This document shows positions 1-11,300 of a stretch of 59,472 bases of DNA, piece after piece (position 1 is the stretch's first letter; every line of letters begins with the position of its first letter). The stretch lies in assembly GCA_024691565.1 (NCBI GenBank), contig JAILNN010000174.1:1-59472 (forward strand). Direction: 5' to 3'. Both the position numbers and the translations under genes were made by a program. This DNA comes from Lachnospiraceae bacterium. Its GTDB lineage: Bacteria > Bacillota > Clostridia > Lachnospirales > Lachnospiraceae. The notes beneath the pieces are model-generated. The model saw only the letters and a program-made list of their open reading frames with translations, searched no databases and was not told where the DNA came from.

Positions 1-2
1 AT

Positions 3-1055
3 GGTGAATTACATGCTGAAAGAAATGCGATTAAAAGCATTTATGAGGGTATTAATCCAATTATTTATGAGAAGATTGATTTGAATGGATTTAGGCTTAA
101 TTTACAGCAAGAGGATAGCCTTAAAGGAGCCGATATTTATGTGACTCTTGAGCCTTGTAGCCATTATGGTCATCAACCACCTTGCGCACTTGCACTTATT
201 GAAAATGGATTTAAGAATGTTTATGTGGGTTCTAGGGATCCAAATCCTCTCGTTAGCGGCAGAGGAAATAAGATGCTTAGAGATGCTGGAATCAATGTGG
301 TTACAGATGTTTTAAGAGATGAGTGTGATGAGATAAATCGAGTTTTCTTTCATTTCATCACCACTAATGAGCCATATGTCGTTATGAAATATGCGCAGAC
401 CATGGATGGTAAGATTGCTTGTTACACTGGCGAGAGTAAGTATGTTACAGGTGAGATTGCAAGAAACCATGTTCAAAAGCTTAGAAACAGGCTGTCTGGA
501 ATTATGGTAGGAGTTGGGACGGTTCTTAAGGATAATCCAGCACTTACTTGTAGGATTGAAGGTGGAAGGAATCCTGTTAGAATTATTTGCGACAGTAGGT
601 TAAGAACGCCGCTTGATTCATATATTGTTGAGAGCGCTAAGGAAGTAGAGACTATTATTGCAGTAAGTGAGAAATATATTGATAGTTCTGATTTAGTTAA
701 TAGTGATTTGGTTAAAAAATTTAGGGATAAGGGAGTTGAGATTTTAATCTTACCAGCGAGTGAGAAGGCTAGTGGAAGGGTTAGTTTGAAGGCTCTTATG
801 ACAACGCTTGGCGAGAGAAAGATTGATGGAATCCTACTTGAGGGCGGTGGAACACTTAATGCTTCGGCGCTTGAAGAGGGAATTGTCAGTGAGGTGGATG
901 TCTATATGGCTCCTAAGATTTTTGGTGGAGAGAGTGCTCCGAGTCCTGTTAGGGGAGAGGGTGTTAAGACACCAGCAGAGTGCTATTCTTTTGAAAGGAT
1001 TGGAATTGAAACCTTTGGTGAGGATGTGCTTTTAAGATATGTTGTTAAAAAGTAA
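3..1055 (+). CDS. ribD: Riboflavin biosynthesis protein RibD (pyrimidine deaminase/uracil reductase), 5' end outside window
   Basis: The frame is open from nt 3. It translates GELHAERNAI...IYVTLEPCSHYGHQPPC (HAE and PCxxC zinc-deaminase motifs), followed by a reductase domain (MDGKIA..., LLEGGG). The ORF-track start at 81 is an internal TTG artefact. It heads a rib operon. Confidence 0.9.
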   Translation, partial: GELHAERNAIKSIYEGINPIIYEKIDLNGFRLNLQQEDSLKGADIYVTLEPCSHYGHQPPCALALIENGFKNVYVGSRDPNPLVSGRGNKMLRDAGINVVTDVLRDECDEINRVFFHFITTNEPYVVMKYAQTMDGKIACYTGESKYVTGEIARNHVQKLRNRLSGIMVGVGTVLKDNPALTCRIEGGRNPVRIICDSRLRTPLDSYIVESAKEVETIIAVSEKYIDSSDLVNSDLVKKFRDKGVEILILPASEKASGRVSLKALMTTLGERKIDGILLEGGGTLNASALEEGIVSEVDVYMAPKIFGGESAPSPVRGEGVKTPAECYSFERIGIETFGEDVLLRYVVKK

Positions 1056-1100
1056 ATCTAAATTTGCATTTATGGCAAACTTTATGATAGGAGGAAGAGG

Positions 1101-1775
1101 ATGTTTACTGGTTTAATTGAGGAGGTTGGCTCTATTAAGCAGATTTCGCAAAATGGAGCAAACACGGATATTGTAATTCGGGCGAGTAAGGTCCTTAAAG
1201 GTACTAAAATAGGTGATAGTATTGCTGTTAATGGCGTTTGTTTAACGGTAACAGAGCTTTACAATGATTCATTTAAGGCTTTTGCTATGGCTGAAACAAT
1301 GAGAAGAACTGCTTTTTCTGAACTTAAGGCTGGAAGTCAGGTTAACCTTGAGAGGGCGATGGCTTGTGATGGAAGATTTGGCGGACATATGGTTTCTGGA
1401 CATATCGATGGAACGGGTGAAATTGCTTCTGTCGAGAAGGAAGGAATGGCTACCTGGGTTACAATAAATGCTGATAAAAAGCTTTTAAAATATATTGTTG
1501 AGAAGGGTTCAGTTGCGCTTGATGGAATTAGTCTTACGGTTGCAAGGTGTGATGAAAAAAGCTTTGCTGTTTCGATTATTCCACATACAGGAAGTGAGAC
1601 AACTCTTTTAACTAAGAAAAAGGGACAAAAAATCAATATTGAAAATGATGTAATCAGTAAGTATGTTGAGAAGATGCTTTTTAATCGTAGTGATTATGAA
1701 GGCAGTGATAGTAAGGATGATAAAAAGAGTGAAAGCTCTCTTACAATGGAAAAACTTATTTCTTTAGGTTTTTAA
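1101..1775 (+). CDS. ribE: Riboflavin synthase alpha chain
   Basis: MFTGLIEEVG N-terminus and two lumazine-binding repeats (NGVCLTV / DGISLTV). GGAGG-type RBS upstream. Lies between ribD and ribBA. Confidence 0.9.
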   Translation: MFTGLIEEVGSIKQISQNGANTDIVIRASKVLKGTKIGDSIAVNGVCLTVTELYNDSFKAFAMAETMRRTAFSELKAGSQVNLERAMACDGRFGGHMVSGHIDGTGEIASVEKEGMATWVTINADKKLLKYIVEKGSVALDGISLTVARCDEKSFAVSIIPHTGSETTLLTKKKGQKINIENDVISKYVEKMLFNRSDYEGSDSKDDKKSESSLTMEKLISLGF

Positions 1776-1802
1776 CGTTAGATTTTAGGAGGTTGTTTTA
1801 AA

Positions 1803-3023
1803 ATGTCTAAATTTGATTATGATTTTGATTCTATCGAAGACATTGTTGCCGATTTGAAGGCAGGAAAGATTGTTGTTATGGTCGATGATGAGGACCGTGA
1901 AAATGAAGGAGATGTTATCTGTGCTGCAGAATTTGCGACTACAGAAAACGTAAACTTTATGGCGTCCTACGCTAAGGGACTTATTTGTATGCCTATGGAT
2001 GAGGAATATACAAAGAAGCTTGGCCTTAGACAGATGTGTGAGATTAATACTGATAATCATTGTACTGCCTTTACGGTTTCAATTGATTATGTTGGAACTA
2101 CAACTGGAATTTCTGCGGCTGAGCGTTCTGAGACTGCAATGAAGACAGTTGAAGATGGAATTTGCCATTCTGATTTTAGAATGCCTGGTCATATGTTTCC
2201 TTTGCAGGCTGTTAAGATGGGTGTTCTTGAGAGAAGAGGACATACTGAGGCGACGGTTGATCTTATGAAAATTGCTGGTCTTAAGCCGGTTGGTCTTTGT
2301 TGTGAAATCATGAAAGATGATGGTTATATGGCTAGACAAGAGGATTTGATTGAGTTTGCTAAGAAGCATAATTTGAAGTTTGGCTGTATTAATGATTTGG
2401 TTGAATATAGAAAGAGACATGAAGTCCTTGTTGAGTGTGTTGCTAAAGCTAAGATGCCTACAAAATATGGTGAATTCACTATTCATGGATATGTGAATAA
2501 GCTTAATGGCGAACATCATGTTGCACTTACTATGGGTGATGTTTCTGATGGTGAACCTGTTCTTGGAAGGGTACATTCAGAGTGTCTTACTGGTGATGTT
2601 ATTGGCTCGATGAGATGTGATTGTGGAGATCAGTTTGATAGTGCGATGAAGATGATTGCGAAAGAAGGTCGTGGAGTTATGCTTTATATGCGCCAGGAAG
2701 GAAGAGGAATTGGTCTTATCAATAAGATTCGTGCTTATGAACTTCAGGACAAGGGATATGATACCGTTGAGGCTAATTTAAAACTTGGCTTCCCAGAGGA
2801 CATGAGAGATTACACTACTGGTACTCAAATTTTAGTTGACCTTGGTATCCATAAATTAAGACTTATGACAAATAATCCTGCTAAGATTTATGGATTAAAT
2901 GGTTTTAATTTGGAGATTGTTGAGAGAGTTCCAATTGAGATTGAGCCTAGTAAATATGATATCTTTTATTTAAAGACTAAACAGCAAAAGATGGGACATA
3001 TTTTACATAATTTAGATAAATAA
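1803..3023 (+). CDS. ribBA: Bifunctional 3,4-dihydroxy-2-butanone-4-phosphate synthase / GTP cyclohydrolase II
   Basis: The N-terminal half has [10 protein letters not shown] (DHBP synthase). The C-terminal half has [10 protein letters not shown]...CDCG and QEGRGIGL (GTP cyclohydrolase II). 406 aa, typical of the fused form. Confidence 0.92.
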   Translation: MSKFDYDFDSIEDIVADLKAGKIVVMVDDEDRENEGDVICAAEFATTENVNFMASYAKGLICMPMDEEYTKKLGLRQMCEINTDNHCTAFTVSIDYVGTTTGISAAERSETAMKTVEDGICHSDFRMPGHMFPLQAVKMGVLERRGHTEATVDLMKIAGLKPVGLCCEIMKDDGYMARQEDLIEFAKKHNLKFGCINDLVEYRKRHEVLVECVAKAKMPTKYGEFTIHGYVNKLNGEHHVALTMGDVSDGEPVLGRVHSECLTGDVIGSMRCDCGDQFDSAMKMIAKEGRGVMLYMRQEGRGIGLINKIRAYELQDKGYDTVEANLKLGFPEDMRDYTTGTQILVDLGIHKLRLMTNNPAKIYGLNGFNLEIVERVPIEIEPSKYDIFYLKTKQQKMGHILHNLDK

Positions 3024-3115
3024 TTGATTTAGAATTTAGAAATTTTTGAAATATATGGAATTAATAATATTTGAATTTATTAAAATATAGAATAATTAAA
3101 ATGGAGGAAATTAAG

Positions 3116-3577
3116 ATGAGAACAATTGAAGGAAAAGTAGTTGGAGATGGAGCAAAGGTTGCAATCGTTGCAGCTAGATTTAATGAGTTTATTGTTTCAA
3201 AACTTGTTGGTGGAGCACAGGATGGTCTTGTTAGACATAATGTTAATGATGATGATATTACTCTTGTTTGGGTACCTGGCGCTTTTGAAATTCCTGTTGT
3301 TACTAAGCAGCTTGCAGAGAGTGGAAAGTATGATGCTGTAATTTGTCTTGGCGCTGTTATTAGAGGTGCTACAAGTCATTATGATTATGTTTGTGCTGAG
3401 GTTTCTAAGGGTATTGCCACAGTATCATTAAATACTGGAGTTCCATGTATGTTTGGAATCCTTACAACTGATAATATTGAGCAGGCTATTGAGAGAGCTG
3501 GTACAAAGGCTGGAAATAAGGGTTATGATTGTGCACTTGGTGCTATTGAATTAATTAATTTAAAGAAGCAGTTATAA
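3116..3577 (+). CDS. ribH: 6,7-dimethyl-8-ribityllumazine synthase
   Basis: MRTIEGK...ARFNEFI...VPGAFEIP...[14 protein letters not shown] match the lumazine synthase signature. GGAGGA at 3103-3108 favours the ATG at 3116 over the track TTG at 3071. Confidence 0.9.
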   Translation: MRTIEGKVVGDGAKVAIVAARFNEFIVSKLVGGAQDGLVRHNVNDDDITLVWVPGAFEIPVVTKQLAESGKYDAVICLGAVIRGATSHYDYVCAEVSKGIATVSLNTGVPCMFGILTTDNIEQAIERAGTKAGNKGYDCALGAIELINLKKQL

Positions 3578-3606
3578 TATTTTGAGGAAGCAGATATAAT
3601 AATTTC

Positions 3607-3635
3607 TTTACAAAAAAAATTATTGTGATATTATA
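3607..3635 (+). promoter_or_regulatory. Possible sigma-A promoter for purC (TTTACA-17-ATTATA)
   Basis: Hexamers read by eye in the AT-rich spacer between ribH and purC. AT-rich context makes chance matches likely. Confidence 0.3.
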
Positions 3636-3695
3636 AAATCATCTTTTTTAAAAGATATGTATATGACTTTTTTATTTCTGAAAGGAGACAGAGCA

Positions 3696-4568
3696 ATGTC
3701 TAACGATTTAAAGCCGGTTAAAGAAGGCAAGGTAAGAGAAATTTATGATAATGGCGATAGCCTTATTATGGTTGCAACTGACAGAATTAGCTGTTTTGAT
3801 GTAATCTTACATAATCAGGTTACAAAGAAGGGTACTGTTTTAACTCAGATTTCTAAGTTCTGGTTTGATATGACTAAGGATATCATTCCTAACCATATGA
3901 TTTCTGTTGATGTTAATGATATGCCTGAGTTTTTCCATAAGCCTGAATTTACAGGAAACAGCATGATGTGTAAGAAGTTACAGATGCTTCCAATCGAGTG
4001 TATCGTTCGTGGATATATTACAGGTAGTGGTTGGGAGAGTTACAAGAAGGATGGTACTGTTTGTGGTATCAAGCTTCCTGAGGGACTTGTTGAGTCTGAT
4101 AAGCTTCCTGAACCAATTTATACACCTTCAACAAAGGCTGAAATCGGTGATCATGATGAGAATATTTCTTATGAAAAATCTGTTGAGATTTTAGAGAAGG
4201 AATTCCCTGGAAAGGGCGAGTATTATGGAAATATCCTTAAGGAAATGACAATTAATTTATATAAGAAATGTGCTGACTATGCTTGGGAAAAAGGAATTAT
4301 TATTGCTGATACCAAGTTTGAGTTTGGTCTTGATGAGGATGGAAATGTTGTTCTCGCTGATGAGATGCTTACACCAGATAGTTCAAGATTCTGGCCTAAG
4401 GATGGCTATAAGCCAGGACAGAGCCAGGCATCATTTGATAAGCAGTTTGCTCGTGACTGGTTAAAAGCTAATCCAGATAACGACTGGACACTTCCTGAGG
4501 ATATTGTTAATAAGACTATTGATAAGTATCTTGAGGCTTATGAAATGTTGACAGGAAAGAAGCTTTAA
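3696..4568 (+). CDS. purC: Phosphoribosylaminoimidazole-succinocarboxamide (SAICAR) synthase
   Basis: KEGKVREIYD...LIMVATDRISCFDV...IADTKFEFG are SAICAR synthase motifs. AGGAGA RBS lies before the ATG at 3696; the track start at 3657 adds an implausible leader. Confidence 0.9.
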   Translation: MSNDLKPVKEGKVREIYDNGDSLIMVATDRISCFDVILHNQVTKKGTVLTQISKFWFDMTKDIIPNHMISVDVNDMPEFFHKPEFTGNSMMCKKLQMLPIECIVRGYITGSGWESYKKDGTVCGIKLPEGLVESDKLPEPIYTPSTKAEIGDHDENISYEKSVEILEKEFPGKGEYYGNILKEMTINLYKKCADYAWEKGIIIADTKFEFGLDEDGNVVLADEMLTPDSSRFWPKDGYKPGQSQASFDKQFARDWLKANPDNDWTLPEDIVNKTIDKYLEAYEMLTGKKL

Positions 4569-4651
4569 TTGCTTTTATTAAAGAGTTTAAAGCTTTGTCA
4601 AATATAATGAATTTTTAATAGAGTTTTTATATCTTAAAAGGTTTTACGAAA

Positions 4652-4683
4652 GGTTTTACGCCCTAGGGTGTGAAGCCTTTTTT
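4652..4683 (+). terminator. Rho-independent terminator after purC
   Basis: GGTTTTACGCC/GGTGTGAAGCC hairpin of about 10 bp including G-U pairs, followed by TTTTTT. Confidence 0.7.
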
Positions 4684-4717
4684 GTATGCAAAATGGGGTA
4701 TATATATAGTCATTTAA

Positions 4718-4747
4718 TTGACACTTTGACTGTCTTAGGTGTATCAT
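4718..4747 (+). promoter_or_regulatory. Sigma-A promoter for addBA (TTGACA-18-TATCAT)
   Basis: Perfect -35 hexamer and a near-consensus -10, about 50 nt upstream of the addB ATG. Confidence 0.55.
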
Positions 4748-4796
4748 TAGTGATAGATTTTACTGATAATTAATTGGAGAATTTTGAGGTGTTTTT

Positions 4797-7700
4797 ATGG
4801 GTAATTTGAATATAATTTTGGGTAGACCAGGGTCTGGTAAAACTAAGACAGTCGTTGATAGTATAAAGAAAAGTAGAAGGAGTCTACAAAGTAATCCGGA
4901 AAATGAATTTAAGAGGATTTTTGTTATCGTGCCTGAGCAGTTTTCTCATGAGACAGAGAGGAAACTAATTATGGAAAGGGTTGATAATGAAAATGTTGAT
5001 GGACTTATGTTTACTGAGGTCCTTAGTTTTTCGCGCCTTGCTTATAGACTTTTTACTGAACTTGGACATAGTAGTGATACTGTTCTTGATGATATTTCTA
5101 AGAGTATGCTTATTCGTCATATTATTATTCAAAAGCAGGATGAACTTGGATATTTTAAGAATAATGCCATGATTAATGGATATATTCTTGAGATTAAGAG
5201 GATGATTTCTGAGTTTATGAATTATGGTGTTTCACCTGATGATGTAGAGAAGATTATTGAGGAATGTAAGAATGAGGAAAAGCCTAAGATTACACTTATT
5301 AACAGATTGAAGGATGTTAATGTGATTTACACAGCCTTTGATGAGTATTTGAGAAAGAATAAGCTTCATACGTCTGATGGAAAACTTCAATTAGTTTGCG
5401 ATATTTTAGAGAATTATGAGAGAGTTCCAATTTTAGAAGGAGCAGATATTTATATAGATGGATTTTCTGATTTTATGTATTATCAGACTGAATTAATCAG
5501 AAATCTAATAAGGCTTTGTGATAATGTTTTTGTTACCATTTCATATGATAAGAAACAGAAAAATGGTCTTTTTAATATGAGTCAAAATACTCTTGATACG
5601 GTACTTAATTGTGTGGATGTAAATGGAAATTCTGATATTAAATATAAGTTTTTAAATGAGCAATTTAGGTCTGAGTCTGAAGAGTTGAAGTGGCTTGAAG
5701 GAAATATATTTAGAAGGGGTTATCAAAAGTATTCTGAGCCTTTAAATGACATTTCTGTATATGAGTTTCTAAGCAGTGAGAAAGAAGCAGATTTTGCTGT
5801 TACCTATATCAGAAATTTGATGATTAAGAAGATGAATGAAGGTATTAGGTATAAGGACATTGCGATTGTTACGGGAGATATTAAGACATATGGACCTATT
5901 ATTCGTGAAGCATTTTCTAAGACAAGTATCCCTGTTTTTATTGATGATAAGGTTAGGATTACAGATAATTCATTCCTTTATTTTGTGAAAAATATTTTAG
6001 ATGTTGTTTTAAAGGATTTTGAAAGAGAGTCTGTTTTAAGAGTTCTTAGAAGTGGATTTCTTTGGGAATGTAATGCTGAATTTTTAGAGGAAGTTGACCT
6101 CTTAGATAATTTCCTGCTAGCTACAGGTATTCGTGGTTCAAAGCTTTGGAAAGAAGAGTGGGAGTGTGAGAATGCGATTTATGATGCCAGATTTAGAAAG
6201 AGACGGGGAAGTAAAGGGAAGGATGATGAAAAGAAAAGTGATGTTGATGTAAAAATCAATAAGGTTAGAAGTGATTTTTATGAAAAAATTATTGAATTAT
6301 TTAGTAAATTATCAGGTGATAAAAAGACTGTAAAGGCTTATTCTGATGCGCTTTGTGAGTTTTTTACAAGTAATTATATTGATGAAAAATTAGAAGAAAT
6401 ATATTTGAAATTTGAAAGAATTGGAGATTTTCAAAAGGCTGGAGAATTTAGACAGGTTTATAATATTTTCATGAAGGTTCTTGATACCATGAAGGATGTT
6501 TTGGTTGATGAAGTTATGGATTTGGATGAGTTTTCTAAGATTCTTAGTAGCGGTCTTGATGGAGCTTCGATTGGTACGATTCCTAATGAAGATAGTGTTA
6601 CTGTAGGTGATGTTTTTAGGTCTAGAATTAATGATGTTAAGTATTTAATCTTCCTTGGAGCTAGAGATAGTCTTGTTCCTGGTACAAGGAAGAGTGGCGG
6701 TCTTATTAATGATGATGAGAGAAAGTTTATTAGTGAGCTTAAGATTGGAGACAGGGAGATTCATCTTTCACCAGGAGCTAATGAGCAGATTAAGATGGAT
6801 GAGTTTAGGCTGTATGTTAATATTTCGAAGGCATCTGAAAAGTTTATTGTGACTTATCCAATTACATCTGAGGATGAAAAGAGTGAAAAACCAGCTTATT
6901 TTATCAATAGATTGAGAAATCTTTTCACAGAGTTAGAAGTAAAACGATTTGGTGAAAATATTGAGGATGAGCTTGAAAAGGTTCTTGGTGCAGACTTTGG
7001 TTTGAATTCTGCAATTGAAGGAATCAGAAATGATAGGGAAGGAAATTCTTATCTTAATGACTTTAAAGAAAAAATTATAGAGCAATTTATTGCTGAGGAT
7101 TTTCTTATCAAGTTAAAAAACAATGGAATCTTTGCGAAAAGTGTGGATGAACTTTCGCCTGAGATTGTGCAGGAACTTTATTCTTATGAGGATGAAAACG
7201 GAAATATAAAGGTTGAGAATTTCAGTATTTCTCAGCTTGAAAAATTTGCTGCTTGTCCATATGAATACTTCTTACAATATGGTCTTAAACTTAGAGAAAG
7301 AGCAGTTCATGAGGTGTCTCCAATTGTGGTTGGTAATGTTATTCATGATGCCTTTGATAAGCTTGTTCAGAACATGAAATCAGAGAGACTTGATTGGAAG
7401 GATTTCGCGGATAATAAAGAAGGATTTAATCAAATTGCTAGCAAATCTTTTGAAGAGATTAAGAATGATTTTAATGATAATGGAGTTTTTGATTCTAAGA
7501 GGGGAGAATTTATTTTGCATAACTTTAAGGAAACATATTTAAAGAATGCAAATGTGGTTCTTGATCAAATGCTTTGTGGAAATTATTCTACTCTTAAGAG
7601 TGAAATGGAATATCATATGTCTGAACCTGTTGAAATCCACGGATTAATCGATAGAGTGGATGTTTGCGAGGGAGAGTATGAGATAGAAGAAAATGGTGAG

Positions 7701-8387
7701 GTTAAGAAGGTTCCTTGTGAATATGTTAAGGTAATTGACTATAAGACTGGAAATAAAAATGTATCGCTTCAAGATTTATACTATGGTCTTCAGCTTCAGA
7801 TGGTGGTTTATATGGGCGCTGCTGAGAAAAATGAAAATGATAGGATGGATCGAGAGAGAGAAAGTGATAAGAGATTAGTTATTCCGGCTGGTATATTCTA
7901 TGTGAATATAAAGGATGAAATTAGTGATGTAGAAAAGGCAGTTGACTATCGAAATAATGGTATTTATGATGGAAATCCTTATTCTGTTCAGGCATTGGAT
8001 AATAGCCTTGTTGGATATAAATCTGAAGAAAGCTCAGAAATCAAATATATAGAAGAAGCAAAATCTGAAATTATTAATTTTCAGACAACAAAAACTGGTG
8101 CTGTAGCTTATACTACTAAAGATTATATATATGATAAGAATGAAATGCATGAGATAATTGGATATGGTAAAACCATGATTAAGGAGCTATCTGATAAAAG
8201 GAATGCTGGAGAAATTGGAATTAAACCTTTTAGAATTAAAAAAGATAATAATGAAGAGGCTAAAAATGCATGTACTTATTGTAAATTTAATTCTATTTGT
8301 GGTTTTGATAAGATGAGAGATAGGTATAAAGATTTGAAAGAAATGAAGAACAGAGAGGCTCTTGAACGCATAGTTGCAGATAAATAG
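4797..8387 (+). CDS. addB: ATP-dependent helicase/deoxyribonuclease subunit B (AddB/RexB)
   Basis: N-terminal Walker A GRPGSGKT. C-terminal RecB-type nuclease (IDRVD...VIDYKTG). Fe-S cysteines (CPYEYF ... CTYCKFNSIC). Lies immediately upstream of addA. Confidence 0.9.
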   Translation: MGNLNIILGRPGSGKTKTVVDSIKKSRRSLQSNPENEFKRIFVIVPEQFSHETERKLIMERVDNENVDGLMFTEVLSFSRLAYRLFTELGHSSDTVLDDISKSMLIRHIIIQKQDELGYFKNNAMINGYILEIKRMISEFMNYGVSPDDVEKIIEECKNEEKPKITLINRLKDVNVIYTAFDEYLRKNKLHTSDGKLQLVCDILENYERVPILEGADIYIDGFSDFMYYQTELIRNLIRLCDNVFVTISYDKKQKNGLFNMSQNTLDTVLNCVDVNGNSDIKYKFLNEQFRSESEELKWLEGNIFRRGYQKYSEPLNDISVYEFLSSEKEADFAVTYIRNLMIKKMNEGIRYKDIAIVTGDIKTYGPIIREAFSKTSIPVFIDDKVRITDNSFLYFVKNILDVVLKDFERESVLRVLRSGFLWECNAEFLEEVDLLDNFLLATGIRGSKLWKEEWECENAIYDARFRKRRGSKGKDDEKKSDVDVKINKVRSDFYEKIIELFSKLSGDKKTVKAYSDALCEFFTSNYIDEKLEEIYLKFERIGDFQKAGEFRQVYNIFMKVLDTMKDVLVDEVMDLDEFSKILSSGLDGASIGTIPNEDSVTVGDVFRSRINDVKYLIFLGARDSLVPGTRKSGGLINDDERKFISELKIGDREIHLSPGANEQIKMDEFRLYVNISKASEKFIVTYPITSEDEKSEKPAYFINRLRNLFTELEVKRFGENIEDELEKVLGADFGLNSAIEGIRNDREGNSYLNDFKEKIIEQFIAEDFLIKLKNNGIFAKSVDELSPEIVQELYSYEDENGNIKVENFSISQLEKFAACPYEYFLQYGLKLRERAVHEVSPIVVGNVIHDAFDKLVQNMKSERLDWKDFADNKEGFNQIASKSFEEIKNDFNDNGVFDSKRGEFILHNFKETYLKNANVVLDQMLCGNYSTLKSEMEYHMSEPVEIHGLIDRVDVCEGEYEIEENGEVKKVPCEYVKVIDYKTGNKNVSLQDLYYGLQLQMVVYMGAAEKNENDRMDRERESDKRLVIPAGIFYVNIKDEISDVEKAVDYRNNGIYDGNPYSVQALDNSLVGYKSEESSEIKYIEEAKSEIINFQTTKTGAVAYTTKDYIYDKNEMHEIIGYGKTMIKELSDKRNAGEIGIKPFRIKKDNNEEAKNACTYCKFNSICGFDKMRDRYKDLKEMKNREALERIVADK

Positions 8388-8399
8388 AGAGGTAGATAA

Positions 8400-11300
8400 A
8401 TGGCTAGATGGAATAAAAATCAGGAGAGGGTTATTAATTGGAGAAATTCCTATGCCCTTGTTTCAGCGGCGGCGGGTTCTGGAAAGACTGCTGCTTTAAT
8501 AGAGAGAATTTTAAGGCTTGTTATCGATGATGGTGTCGATGTTAACAAGCTTATTGTGGTGACCTTTACAAAGGCTGCTGCGTCAGAGATGAAGGAAAGG
8601 CTTATGAAGGCGCTTGAAAGTAAGATTTATGAGCTTTCAATGAAAGAGAATTTAAGTGCTGATGAAGAGCTACTTGAGGAGAGACTTGAAAAACAAATTA
8701 GTCTTGTAAATACTGCCTTGGTTTGTACCATTGATAGTTTTTGTCAATATATTATTAAGAACTATTTTTATGCTATTGACGATTTTGATCCAAGCTTTAC
8801 TGTTATTGATCAAAATGATAATGAAATTCTTTTGACTGAAACTGTTGAAAAGGTTGTTGAAGGAAGGTATGAAGAGGCAGCTGATGATGTGTTTATTAAT
8901 ACCGTCAGGATGTATTCTGGATGGAAGAGTGATGATGATTTTAAAAGTTTGATTAAGGCCCTGGTTAAAAAGGCTCTTACTCATCCGCAACCAGAAAAGT
9001 GGTTAGATGAAGTTTTATTTGCTTATGATGTCGAGAATGAAAAGTGGGATGAATTCTTTAATATGAATTCAGAAAACTATAAACCTAATAGCTCAAATTG
9101 GATGGAATTTATTTTTGATTTTATTGAGAATAAAATTTCTCAATATAGGGAATATGCCTGCTTTGCAAGGAAGATTCTTGTTGATGGAAAAGAGACTAAG
9201 GTAGATGAAGATTTAAATGAGAAAAAACTAAAAGCAGCTTTGGAGTTATTAGATAAGTTTATTTATACTATTGATTTGGATATTGACCATTTTGATAGAG
9301 TTTTAAAATTATCAGAAGAAAAAAAGGATTTTAATGCTTTATGTAGAGAGATGGTAAACTTTAATGTTTTGCCGTTTGATAGGTCATATTCAAATGTAAA
9401 AGAAGAAAAGGCTGCAGCTAAGAAATACAGAGATCTTTACTGTGATAAGTATAAAAAGATACTGGATATGTTCAATCTCGAGAATATGGAGCTAATGAAT
9501 ATAAGGGAAGATGAATATGCAAAGAAAAAGGCATTAAATCTTGATGATGAGAACTTAGATGAAGCTTTAGAGCTTAAGAACTTAAATGAGCAAATAGAAT
9601 ATAAAGAGCCTATTGATATAATTAAAGAAAGGTTTCTAAAAATTTATCCATATTTATCTGAATTAATTGATACTGTTAAAGAGGTTATGGCGTCCTACGC
9701 TAAGGAAAAGAAGGACAGAAATACCGTTGATTTTAATGATATGGAGAGATTTGCGCTTAGAATTTTAACTGTAGAGGATGAAAATGGGAAGCTATGTCCT
9801 TCGGAGGTTGCACGCGAATTAAAGGCTAATTTTAAGCAGATTATGATTGATGAATATCAGGATAGTAACCTTATTCAGGAGGCGATTTTAACATCTATTT
9901 CTGGTGAAAGTGGCGAGCCATATGTGTTTATGGTTGGCGATGTTAAGCAGAGTATTTATGGGTTTAGACATGCTAGACCTGATTTATTCTTGGAAAAATA
10001 TTATTCATATAGTCCTGAGGAAGAATTTCTTGATGGAGATGAAGATGCTCCTCAGTCTGAAAGAGAAGGGAAAAAAATTCTTATTAATTTGGATAGGAAT
10101 TACCGAAGCAGAATTGAGGTTTTAGAGTTTACAAATGAAATTTTTAAGAAGCTTATGAAAAGGGAATTTGGAAAACTTGACTATGATGAGAGGGCTTCTC
10201 TTAAGTATGGTGAGCTATATGATGAGTCAGAATATCCTGTTGAGGTTATGCTTTTAGATGAGTCTGACTTGAGAAAATATATTGATGATGAGAATAAAAA
10301 GAAGAAGCTATTCTATGGAAATAATGAGTTTTCCAGGGTTGAACTTGAAGCGATTACGGTTGGTAAGAGGATTAGAGAACTTTGTGGTATCGATGGTTTT
10401 TCGGCGCTTGAAATTGATGGTGGAACTGCTGAAGATGGTAGTAGGATTAAGAAGAAGCTTGAGTATAAGGATATTGTGCTTTTGTTTAGAGGCATAAAGG
10501 GTGTAAGCGATACTTATAAAGATATTTTAGAGAGGATGGATATCCCTGTATTTTGTGAGGGTACGAAGGGGTATTATGATAGACATGAGATTCAGATTGT
10601 TTTAAATTACCTTAAGATAATTGAAAATCCTCTGCAGGATATTCCTTTTGTTGGCGTGCTTCGTTCGGCGTTTGTTGGGCTTAATGAAAAGGAACTTGCA
10701 AGAATTAAGGCGTATGGTAAGAAGAAGTATTACTATTATGAAGGCGCGCTTGCCTATGTTGAAAAGCATGATAATGAGCTTTCGAGAAAGTTAAAGGCCT
10801 TTCTAGATAGGCTTATGTATTATCGAAGCATTGAAAAAGAGAGAAATGCCTATGAACTTATTAACAATATTCTTGAAGATGAAGGATTCTTCCAGCTTGT
10901 TAGTGTTCAGGAAAATGGAGAAAAGAAGGCTGAAAATCTTAAGATTTTAAAGAAGAATGCATATGACTTTATTCAACGTGGAAACAGGGGAGTTGCTGAG
11001 TTTAATAAATATATAGAAGATTTAATGGGGAATGACTTGGATAGAGGAGAGGCTGATATTAGTTCTGATGGTAGTAATGCGGTTAGGATTATGTCGATTC
11101 ACAAGAGTAAAGGTCTTGAATTCCCTGTGGTAATTTTGTGCGGAATCCATAAGGATTTTAATCTAAGAGATAGTTCTGGAAATATTATTATTGATAATGA
11201 TTTGGGACTTTGTACTGAAGATATTAATGCTCAACTTGGAGTTAAAACATCTAATCCTTATAAATTGTTAGTTAAAGAAAAGATATCTTTAGATTCTAAG

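Noticed and set aside
81-83. ORF-track start of ribD at TTG 81
   Set aside because: The same frame is open back to nt 3 and already encodes the HAE deaminase motif. The gene is simply truncated by the window edge. The FMN riboswitch expected upstream of a rib operon would lie outside the window and cannot be assessed.
2079-2576. 165-aa minus-strand ORF inside ribBA, and similar antisense or alternate-frame ORFs (808-1035, 1337-1636, 1785-2060, 8670-8990, 25095-25745, 36057-36410, 49410-49739, 52565-52943)
   Set aside because: They lie fully within well-supported conserved genes. Their products are Ile/Asn/Lys/Ser-rich nonsense typical of AT-rich antisense frames, and they lack RBSs.
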